From an uncultured bacterium (lineage in GTDB: Bacteria; Abyssobacteria; SURF-5), in the NCBI GenBank assembly GCA_964510165.1, contig CAZEBC010000092.1, forward strand, positions 1,282 to 15,595: a stretch of DNA of 14,314 nt. The letters are read 5' to 3'. Shown in pieces: positions 1-7,381 of this stretch; positions within the stretch are counted from its first letter, which is position 1, and each line of letters begins with the position of its first letter. A model generated the notes under the pieces. It was not told the DNA's origin. It searched no databases and was given only the letters and a program-made list of their open reading frames with translations. The position numbers were made by a program, and so were the translations under genes.

Positions 1-9
1 CGTCTTGGA

Positions 10-2136
10 ATGCAGAACATATCAATGGATCTCGGCAAGTCATCATCCCGCAAAGACATCATTCATGTCGTCCTCCTGCTCATAATCGGGTTGCTGTATT
101 TCTCCCTCCTGTATAAGAGCATACTTTATCCTCCCGATGAAGGAACCATTGCATACCAGTTCGAGAGATGCCTGAAAGGCGAACTTCCACACCGCGACTT
201 CTACTCGGTGTACGGAGTAGGTTTCTATCTGCTTGGCGAGTGGCTATTCAGGCTTTTTGGGATCAACCTGGTGGTGCTGAGAACATTTGTGGTCCTTCTG
301 AAACTGGCCACCATAGCGCTCGTCTATGTCGTCTCACGCCGGCTGGTCAAGCCGGCCTTTGCGTTTCTGAGTGTGTTCATCTTCATCATCTGGTGGGGAG
401 ACCCCTTCATCAACACAAGCACCTTTCTCTACCCGAGTCATATCAGCCAATTCCTGGGATTCCTGGGCCTGTGGTTAATTCTTCGCTACGTGGAAAGCAG
501 GCGAAGCGGCTATGTCTTTTTGGCCGGGCTGGCCGTCGGGCTTGGCAGCCTGTTCAAGCCGACCGTCGCCGTCTTCAACATATCGGCGCTCTTCCTGTTC
601 TTTTTCTGCCGGGATATGACCAGGGATTTGAGCCACCATTACTCTGGGGTGGCGTCCCAGCGCGAACATCCTTTGGGCAGACCCGCTGCGGTGGTTGAAA
701 CAGTGGGCGCCGTGGTCGGTGCGAGCCTGGTGGGCGCCATGCTCTTGAGATTCGGAATCGCCGTTGACATGCTGGCATTCTTCCTCGTTCCGTTCGCCCT
801 TGTGCTCGCATACACTCTTTGGCTCTCATTCCTGGTGCTGCGGGCGCAGGTTGCCGGGTCAATTCTCTGGTGCAATTTTACGGAGACCCTTCGTTCGTAT
901 TTTCTTTTGTCGGTGGGGATAGTGGTCTGGCAGGTGTTGCAGGTTGTGTACTTTGCCTGGCACGGGGCGCTGGGAGATTTTCTTAATACCTACCGGACCG
1001 CATCGGCGTATTACAGCAATTACTCGCTCCCGCTGCTCGGCGGAGCAAGCGTGCTCCCTTATTCGGGGCTTACACTGTTCATCGCATACGTGATGTACCT
1101 CGCGATGAGCACGTCAAACGAGCGCGGGAAGAGATGGAGACACCCGGTCGCGGCGATAGCGGCCGTAATTGTTTTGGCCGTGCCGGGTTCCTTCTATTTC
1201 GCGCAGAAATCTTCTCTGATGCTGCACCACCTCGGAGTAACGGGCGTTTCGATGATCCTGTGCATGGCGTGGGGCCTACTTATCATCTTCAGGGATTCCG
1301 CAAAGCTCATACGAGGGGAAGATATCACGCCGCTTCTGATGCTGCAGGCGCTCCTCATCTATGCGATCGTCAACCTTCTCGATGCCTACCCACGGGCGGA
1401 CCCCGGCCACGTTTCAACTGCTCAGCTTCCCTTCTTCGTCCTGTTTGGTTTCTTGCTGCAAAGGTTTTGCGACTCGTGGTCCGACTATCTCGCCCCGATC
1501 GCACACGCCCACAGAGCGGCGGCCAGACTCCTTACAGGCACACTTGTCTTTGGGCTGCTGCTGCCGAGCTTTGTCATGATGATCAGGTTCAACTTCCTCG
1601 TGGTCTTGTCTCGGAACGGAGGGCTTTACCTGTACGGAGACAGGCTCTCTCTTGCGCCCAGGCTGCCCGTTGAGTTCGAACGAGCAAGAGGCATTACCTT
1701 ACACTTCCTCGACGGTTTCTATGCCGCTCCCCTCCAGGGTCCTCACATGAAAGCGTTCCTGGAGACGACTCGCAGGACCGCCGAGATCACGCGGCCGGGC
1801 GACAGGCTGTTCTCGACCGACACCTGGGGGCGCATGCTGTATTTCCTCGCGGAGCGGGAAGGGCTGTCGGGAAAGACCAACGACTTCGTCTGGCAGAGCG
1901 TCGCGGGCGTGGCGGCACGGAACGCATTCCCCAACTTCTCTGATATTGACCTCACCCGTCAGATCGAGCGCGAAAGGCCGGCCGCAATCATCGTCAATAC
2001 CGACACTCTTGAGACGAAACAGTTCATTCGGAACTGGCCGACCGCATGGAACTTTATCGGGTACAATTACCGCCTTGCAGATGAGATATACCCATTCGAG
2101 ATATACGTGCCGATCAAGCAGGTGGATTCACGATAG
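10..2136 (+). CDS. Multi-pass membrane glycosyltransferase, GT-C fold (ArnT/PMT-like), 708 aa
   Basis: One N-terminal TM helix, then the acidic loop YPPDEG...GELPHRDFYSVYG...FRLFG typical of ArnT/PMT-like GT-C proteins; more than 10 hydrophobic segments, a GxxxLFKP motif and a soluble C-terminal domain. The start is uncertain because only 9 nt of upstream sequence are visible. Confidence 0.75.
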   Translation: MQNISMDLGKSSSRKDIIHVVLLLIIGLLYFSLLYKSILYPPDEGTIAYQFERCLKGELPHRDFYSVYGVGFYLLGEWLFRLFGINLVVLRTFVVLLKLATIALVYVVSRRLVKPAFAFLSVFIFIIWWGDPFINTSTFLYPSHISQFLGFLGLWLILRYVESRRSGYVFLAGLAVGLGSLFKPTVAVFNISALFLFFFCRDMTRDLSHHYSGVASQREHPLGRPAAVVETVGAVVGASLVGAMLLRFGIAVDMLAFFLVPFALVLAYTLWLSFLVLRAQVAGSILWCNFTETLRSYFLLSVGIVVWQVLQVVYFAWHGALGDFLNTYRTASAYYSNYSLPLLGGASVLPYSGLTLFIAYVMYLAMSTSNERGKRWRHPVAAIAAVIVLAVPGSFYFAQKSSLMLHHLGVTGVSMILCMAWGLLIIFRDSAKLIRGEDITPLLMLQALLIYAIVNLLDAYPRADPGHVSTAQLPFFVLFGFLLQRFCDSWSDYLAPIAHAHRAAARLLTGTLVFGLLLPSFVMMIRFNFLVVLSRNGGLYLYGDRLSLAPRLPVEFERARGITLHFLDGFYAAPLQGPHMKAFLETTRRTAEITRPGDRLFSTDTWGRMLYFLAEREGLSGKTNDFVWQSVAGVAARNAFPNFSDIDLTRQIERERPAAIIVNTDTLETKQFIRNWPTAWNFIGYNYRLADEIYPFEIYVPIKQVDSR

Positions 2137-2163
2137 CTTGGCGTGGCAGAGAGCAGCACGGCC

Positions 2164-4710
2164 TCAGGAATCGAGCACGGTCCTTACCTTCGAGAGAAGC
2201 GCCTCGGCGTGGTAGGGCTTCTGCAGGAAGCCCATGACTCCGCTGTCAAGGATTTCCTTTGCCTTCCCGTTCTGACTGTAGCCGGTTGACAGGAGCGTCT
2301 TCACCCCGGGATTGAGTTTCTTCAGATTCAGGAACGTTTCCCGCCCACCCATGCGCGGCATGATCATATCCAATATCGTGAGGTCGATCTTATCGAGTAA
2401 CTCCTGGTAGATTCTGACGGCTTCCTCCCCGTCCTCCGCGACTATGACCCTGTATCCGTAGTTCTCCAGTATATCCTTCGCCAACGCACGAATCGAATCC
2501 TCGTCATCAACCACAAGTATCAGTTCATTCCCTTTGAGCGGAGGCTCGCACCCTGCGGGGTCTTTGGCTTCCATCTTTCCGCTTACGGGCAGGTATATCT
2601 TGAACGTCGAGCCTTCACCCACTTCACTATACACGTTTATATAGCCCCCGTGATTCTTGACGACCCCGTATACCATCGAGAGTCCCAGGCCCGTTCCCTT
2701 GCCCTCTTCCTTCGTCGTGAAGAACGGCTCGAACACCCTCTGCATGGTCGCTGAATCCATGCCGATGCCGGTATCGGTCACCGACAGGATCACATAGGCC
2801 CCGGGGCGCGCATCCGCATGGGTCTTCAGATATTCCTCCGTGAGAACCACCGCGCCCGTTTCGATGATGAGTTTTCCTCCGTTCGGCATTGCGTCACGCG
2901 CGTTCACGCAGAGATTCATGAGCACTTGCTGCATCTGGGCGGCGTCGGCCTCGACTGTGGGCAGCGATTCACACAAATGCGCCTCGATGACAATGGATTT
3001 GTCAAAGGTCCGCCCGATTATCTCGAGAACATCATGTATGACGGTAGTCAGGTTGATGATCTTGGCCTCGTACTTGCCGCCCCGCGCAAACGCGAGCAGT
3101 TGGCCCGTGAGTTCGGCCGCGCGGCTGGCGCTCCTCTCGATCGTGTTCACGTAATTGAAGAACTCATGCTCCTTGGAAAGCTTGGTCTTCATGAACGAGG
3201 CGTATCCGAGGATGCCTCCCAGGAGATTGTTGAAATCGTGGGCTATCCCGCCCGCCAACGTGCCGATGCTCTCCATCTTCTGCGCCTGCATCAATTGGCG
3301 CTCAAGCTGCTTGCGGTCGGTTATGTCGCGCGCCACCGAGACGACGGCTATCACCTTGCCGTCCCTCATCAGAGGCGCTCCGCTCACGCTGCCCAGCCTG
3401 CGCTTGCCCTCCTTTGTGATGAACTCGTATTCGCTCGAAATGATGCGTTCGCCCGCGAACACGCGGCCCGCCTCCTCAAGCGCCTTTTCAAAATACTCCG
3501 GCGCCAGAACGTTCAGTTCCCCGAAATTGCGCCCTATCAATTCTTCCGGCCTGTAGCCCAACAGCCTCTCAACCGAAGGCGACACACTCGTCACACAATA
3601 GTTGGAATCGTAGGAATATATGCAGTCGTTCACGTGTTCGAAGTGAAGCCTGTATCGCTCCTCGCTTTCACGAAGCGCCTGCTCGGCCCGCTTCCGTTCG
3701 GTTATATCCAGGAAGATGGCCTGCACGGCAGGCCCACCACGATATTCAATCCGGCTTGCGAGCATCTCGAGCCAGCTCGCCGTGCCGTCCTTCTTGATTG
3801 CCTTGAACTCGTATCGCGCGGGCTCACCCTTGCTCTCCAACCGCTCCTTGAAACGCTCCCACACAGCCTTCCGGTCATCGGGATGCACAAGCTCCTGCAC
3901 TTTTTCAGATGAGAGAGACAAAAGTTCCTCAACGCTGTAACCCAAAATGTCGCCAAGCGCAGGGTTCGCAAAGACAATGCGGAAATCCTGGATGACAACA
4001 AGACCCTGCAAGGACTGTTCGACAAGCGCCTGATACTTGGCGCCGCTGTCGCGCCTCGCCTTTTCCGCTCGCTGGCGCTCTGTAATCTCCTTGCGAAGTT
4101 CCTCGTTGATGTCTTCCAGCTCGCGCTTGTGCTTGATCAGCCGCTCAGAAAGAAGCCCCGACACAATCGCCGAGGTGAAGAAGAGGAAATTGTCGCATAA
4201 CAGCTTGATGGCCAGGTATGAAGGGCTCTCATGGATATAGACGGGATTAAGGTAGGAGCGCGGAATGTGCTCAATGAGGCCGGCATACTCCGCATACAAC
4301 AGCGATGAGTACAATACCGAACTTATCGCCGCCGTCGAGATGCCCGCACGCATGCCGTAGAGCGACGCATAGGCGATGGCGACCACGGCATATATCCAGG
4401 ACGCAGGCGATTCTATCCCGCCGACATAGTGGACCGCAGCCGTCACCAGGCATACATCCACAAGCGCCGCGAAATAAATCCTGTAGCGGATCCCCTTCCC
4501 CCATACAATCCAGAGAAATGAAAGAAAATTGCTGAATAGCGCCAGCGTGATGAGGACCATCACCGACGGCAGGTAATAGAAGCCCACCTTCTCCATGGGC
4601 GAAACTACCACCGCCATGACGAGCAGAAATCCGAGTATCCCAAAACGGGCCTTTACACCCCTTAAATGTTGCGGCTCGTCCTCCGCAACACTTCGAGTGA
4701 ATGGGCGCAC
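2164..4710 (-). CDS. Hybrid sensor histidine kinase/response regulator (membrane domain, 2 PAS, HisKA, HATPase_c, receiver), about 848 aa
   Basis: H-box LAGGIAHDFNNLL, N-box QVLMNLCVNARDAM, G1 DTGIGM, F-box FEPFFTTK, G2 GTGLGL, receiver ILVVDDE...ILDMIMP...FLQKPY; two PAS domains ending in DITER/DITDR. Start moved from 4920 to the in-frame GTG at 4710, which has AGGAGAGG 6 nt upstream; the first 70 codons of the longer ORF look non-coding. Confidence 0.93.
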   Translation of the reverse strand: MRPFTRSVAEDEPQHLRGVKARFGILGFLLVMAVVVSPMEKVGFYYLPSVMVLITLALFSNFLSFLWIVWGKGIRYRIYFAALVDVCLVTAAVHYVGGIESPASWIYAVVAIAYASLYGMRAGISTAAISSVLYSSLLYAEYAGLIEHIPRSYLNPVYIHESPSYLAIKLLCDNFLFFTSAIVSGLLSERLIKHKRELEDINEELRKEITERQRAEKARRDSGAKYQALVEQSLQGLVVIQDFRIVFANPALGDILGYSVEELLSLSSEKVQELVHPDDRKAVWERFKERLESKGEPARYEFKAIKKDGTASWLEMLASRIEYRGGPAVQAIFLDITERKRAEQALRESEERYRLHFEHVNDCIYSYDSNYCVTSVSPSVERLLGYRPEELIGRNFGELNVLAPEYFEKALEEAGRVFAGERIISSEYEFITKEGKRRLGSVSGAPLMRDGKVIAVVSVARDITDRKQLERQLMQAQKMESIGTLAGGIAHDFNNLLGGILGYASFMKTKLSKEHEFFNYVNTIERSASRAAELTGQLLAFARGGKYEAKIINLTTVIHDVLEIIGRTFDKSIVIEAHLCESLPTVEADAAQMQQVLMNLCVNARDAMPNGGKLIIETGAVVLTEEYLKTHADARPGAYVILSVTDTGIGMDSATMQRVFEPFFTTKEEGKGTGLGLSMVYGVVKNHGGYINVYSEVGEGSTFKIYLPVSGKMEAKDPAGCEPPLKGNELILVVDDEDSIRALAKDILENYGYRVIVAEDGEEAVRIYQELLDKIDLTILDMIMPRMGGRETFLNLKKLNPGVKTLLSTGYSQNGKAKEILDSGVMGFLQKPYHAEALLSKVRTVLDS

Positions 4711-4778
4711 CTTCGGCCTCTCCTGTGGACAAGCACAATTCCCCAACGGGCAAATGAATGGACTCGCGTCTTTGTCAG

Positions 4779-4794
4779 AGCATTTTCTGTGCCA
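4779..4794 (-). promoter_or_regulatory. Candidate sigma-54 (-24/-12) promoter of the hybrid kinase
   Basis: Minus strand reads TGGCACAGAAAATGCT: exact GG-N10-GC spacing and one mismatch to TGGCAC-N5-TTGC; about 70 nt upstream of the GTG start. Confidence 0.6.
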
Positions 4795-5035
4795 CAACGG
4801 AAGCGCGGCGCGCCAATAAACGCAAGCTATTGCAGGATTGATGGTTAGAATGTAGACAAGGCAGCGATGTGAACTTTCCTTCGTGCATGAAGGTGAGTGA
4901 TGTTGCACATAAGTGGGCACGTGAGAGGACGCGAAGACATGATTCTCCAGAGTCTTTTCTCACCGTTCGACACGGCCGTATCAGGCGAGGCGCGCTTGCC
5001 CAAAGCACGGCCGCCGTCTCTGATTGGAAATCTAT

Positions 5036-5064
5036 TTGCAAAAAGGGAATGTTTATGATAATAT
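5036..5064 (+). promoter_or_regulatory. Candidate sigma-70 promoter for the secreted-protein gene
   Basis: TTGCAA (5036-5041), 17 nt spacer, TAATAT (5059-5064) with an extended -10 TG at 5056-5057, in an AT-rich patch. Confidence 0.45.
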
Positions 5065-5220
5065 TTACGCGATGCTTTAAACGAAAAGGCCTAATAGTGG
5101 AAAGCAGAGGACCGGGTTACCGAAATTCCGGGAGGTGAGGAATAAAGCAGAAAGCGGCGACATCGGATTGGCAAGAAGGAGAAGCATTGTTGGTCATGAC
5201 AATTTCACGGAGGATGCGCT

Positions 5221-5925
5221 ATGGGCAAGAGGTTTTTTGCAGTCGGAATCACAATGCTCGCTCTGCTGCTTGCCGCAACCGCAACCGCGGAAACCAGGCG
5301 AGCCATTCAACAGCAAGGGGATTTGGATGTGTTCGTTGAGATCGGCAAGGAAAAATTCGGAACGAACCCGACTCTGGAGGGCACGCTGGGGTTTGAAGTC
5401 GAGGGATCAGGCATTCAGAGCGTATCGCTGAGACACCCGAGCTACGCCCAGCCGGTGCCGCTCATGCCAAGCAACCCCGCAGGCATGACCGAAATCGAAC
5501 TGGAAAGATCGGACCTGTGGAATACACTCGTCTCGATGCTGCCCGACGGATACTATGAACTGATCGTCCGGCAATCTGGCCAGAATGTGCCCTTCCCGTT
5601 CTTGCTGCAACGCCTGACTTTGATGCCTGAACGGCCCACCATCACCTATCCAGCTCATGGGCAAACGGTCTCGACGACTCCAACCATTACCTGGAATCCC
5701 GTCTCCACCAACGTAGAGGTGATTTGGATTGATTTGGACTCGGAGGGAACCGTCGACCTCGAGTTCGGCGTGGACCTGCCCGCGAACAGTACCAGCTTCC
5801 CAGTGCCCGCCGGGTTATTGATACCTGGGCAGATACATGAGGTTTGCGTCGAGTCCTATATGACCGGCACAGGAATGAGCTACGAAAGCTCACACTGCGT
5901 CGAATTTATGGTGACGGGGCCATGA
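5221..5925 (+). CDS. Secreted protein of unknown function with a probable Ig/Fn3-like C-terminal beta domain, 234 aa
   Basis: RBS GGAGGA 6 nt before ATG; Sec signal MGKRFFAVGITMLALLLAATATA ending in A-x-A; C-terminal PTITYPAHGQTVSTTPTITWNPVS...SFPVPAGLLIPGQIHEVCV resembles a beta-sandwich. Confidence 0.8.
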   Translation: MGKRFFAVGITMLALLLAATATAETRRAIQQQGDLDVFVEIGKEKFGTNPTLEGTLGFEVEGSGIQSVSLRHPSYAQPVPLMPSNPAGMTEIELERSDLWNTLVSMLPDGYYELIVRQSGQNVPFPFLLQRLTLMPERPTITYPAHGQTVSTTPTITWNPVSTNVEVIWIDLDSEGTVDLEFGVDLPANSTSFPVPAGLLIPGQIHEVCVESYMTGTGMSYESSHCVEFMVTGP

Positions 5926-5966
5926 TGTGACAGCCGGGAGCGTTGACGCCAAAGCAGATCACAAAT

Positions 5967-6020
5967 ACCGTGTAATGGATGGGGACACCATGCAGCATGG
6001 TGTCCCCATTACGGTCTTTT
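5967..6020. terminator. Probable bidirectional intrinsic terminator between convergent genes
   Basis: Perfect inverted repeat ATGGGGACACCATGC-A-GCATGGTGTCCCCAT (5979-6009) with outer arms ACCGT/ACGGT; CTTTT follows on + and ATTTGT on -; lies between the stops at 5925 and 6031. Confidence 0.75.
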
Positions 6021-6030
6021 GCTTGCCGCA

Positions 6031-6861
6031 TCATTCTGTTCTCACAAATTTCATGCGTTCGCTCACAAGCATCGGAACGCGCTCACTCCCGATGCGCGCC
6101 CGCTTCAAAGATCCATCCAAGAAAAGCGATTCGATAACCTCTCGCGTCTCCTTGAGAGACCAGCCGAACATGCGCGGAATCTGCGCCTCCGGCACGGCGC
6201 CCGCCGTATCCATAAATGCCGATGTGATCCGCGCAAGCGCCTCGTCACGTGACATGCTTTCGGCGGTCCTTTCGATTTCCGGCGGCGCCCAATTCATGAA
6301 CAGGTCAAGCACGCGCACGCCCCAGCTCCTGTCCTCCAAACCAGCCGTAACAATCTTAAACTTCGATTGAAGCTCAAACAGAGCCGCGTGGAAGCGCCGA
6401 GTATTGTCCTTGCCGGACGGCACAACTGCCTGGCGAAGCTGGTCAACTGGCGTCGGCCCATGACGGTCCAGATACTCGGCCACCTCATTGGCCAGCTTGC
6501 CAAGTTTCCCCCAGTAATACTCCTCCTCGTACATGGCGTATCCGCCGCCAGTGAGATATGCTGCAAGAAACGCGGGCAACAAGCGCATCGAGACCAGCGT
6601 CGCCTTCCGCCGCACCATGCGACCGTTATACGCCAGCTTCTTCACCTGCAGCAGGTCCTTCCACTCCCACCACTCGTAATCGCTGCCCGCGGAGCAGTCG
6701 TTCAGCTTCGGCAGCGGGATATCCCGACAGGCAAAGAGGAGAGACATACCCACATCGTCAAGAAACGTGGCCGCCTCCTCAAGAGACCGGAGTCGTGACG
6801 AGGGATTCATCCGCCAGCGACGCCGGCGGTACTCCTGTATCTCAGTCCTTGAAATCTTCAT
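6031..6861 (-). CDS. AlkZ/YcaQ-related winged-helix DNA-binding protein, about 276 aa
   Basis: Pattern LRSLEEAATFLDDVG...WWEWKDLL...YNGRMVRRKATLVS, then wHTH-like segments (YLDRHGPTPVDQLRQ; QIPRMFGWSLKETREVIESL), recalled from AlkZ-related proteins. Start placed at ATG 6861 because the longer ORF begins inside a terminator hairpin. Confidence 0.65.
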   Translation of the reverse strand: MKISRTEIQEYRRRRWRMNPSSRLRSLEEAATFLDDVGMSLLFACRDIPLPKLNDCSAGSDYEWWEWKDLLQVKKLAYNGRMVRRKATLVSMRLLPAFLAAYLTGGGYAMYEEEYYWGKLGKLANEVAEYLDRHGPTPVDQLRQAVVPSGKDNTRRFHAALFELQSKFKIVTAGLEDRSWGVRVLDLFMNWAPPEIERTAESMSRDEALARITSAFMDTAGAVPEAQIPRMFGWSLKETREVIESLFLDGSLKRARIGSERVPMLVSERMKFVRTE

Positions 6862-6878
6862 TCCTTCCACTATACACC

Positions 6879-6920
6879 AAACAAACAAGAAGCCGCCAAA
6901 CAAAGCTGAATGGCGGCTCC
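6879..6920 (-). terminator. Intrinsic terminator downstream of the His-rich gene
   Basis: Minus strand GGAGCCGCCA, 12 nt loop, TGGCGGCTTC, then TTGTTTGTTT. Confidence 0.7.
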
Positions 6921-6972
6921 GAAATGTCGGCTCGACGGCTCGGTTACAGCCGCCTGCCCAAATTACGCTCCA

Positions 6973-7302
6973 TCAAAAACCAAAGCTGAAGTGCACCCCA
7001 ACCCTGCTGTGATGGCGATGTCCAAAGTGATGGCCGGGGAAGAAGTGACCCTGGTAATGGAACGGGTGATGTCCGAAGTGATGTGCTCGATGCCTGAAAT
7101 GGACCCCATGATGACCGAAGCGATGGTGGCCAAAATTGTGTCCGAAGTGATGGCCGTGATGTACGCGAACGCTGTGATGTCCGAAGTGACGACCGTGGTG
7201 ACCGCCCCTCGCGAGCGCGTCCCCGGTCATGCCAAACCCGAGCAACCCCGCAGACAGCAAGGCCACAACCAGCAACTTCTTTATGCCAAGGTGTCTCCTC
7301 AA
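6973..7302 (-). CDS. Small exported His/Gly/Phe-rich protein (FGH repeats), about 109 aa
   Basis: Signal peptide KKLLVVALLSAGLLGFGMTGDALA; the mature 78 aa contain 28 His and six FGH motifs. TTG at 7302 follows AGGAAGGGGG; the in-frame ATG at 7323 lacks an SD and is the alternative start. A terminator follows. Confidence 0.8.
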   Translation of the reverse strand: MRRHLGIKKLLVVALLSAGLLGFGMTGDALARGGHHGRHFGHHSVRVHHGHHFGHNFGHHRFGHHGVHFRHRAHHFGHHPFHYQGHFFPGHHFGHRHHSRVGVHFSFGF

Positions 7303-7381
7303 TGCAGACACCCCCTTCCTCATTCAAGTATGTCAAAATCGTGCCTCCGTCATAAAGACGATTGCGCACGTGACTCAGTCT

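Noticed and set aside
2164-3300. Calling the kinase cckA and linking it to dnaA as a cell-cycle module
   Set aside because: The AHDFNNLL hybrid-kinase type is a very large paralogous family; orthology cannot be shown and no ctrA or chpT is present.
2818-3912. 364 aa plus-strand ORF
   Set aside because: Antisense shadow of the kinase with no recognisable motifs.
4711-4920. 70-codon N-terminal extension of the kinase ORF
   Set aside because: Cys/His-rich non-protein-like sequence overlapping the sigma-54 element; GTG 4710 has a strong SD.
5065-5220. Riboswitch in the leader of the secreted-protein gene
   Set aside because: No recognisable cobalamin, c-di-GMP, TPP or SAM consensus and no terminator; an Rfam scan is needed.
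7020-7195. Recurring TCCGAAGTGATG-like repeats as a CRISPR array or iterons
   Set aside because: Only about 12 nt, irregularly spaced, and explained by the HHFG coding repeat; no cas or rep gene.
7332-7346. Sigma-54-like AGGCACGATTTTGAC on the minus strand
   Set aside because: The invariant GC at -12 is missing.
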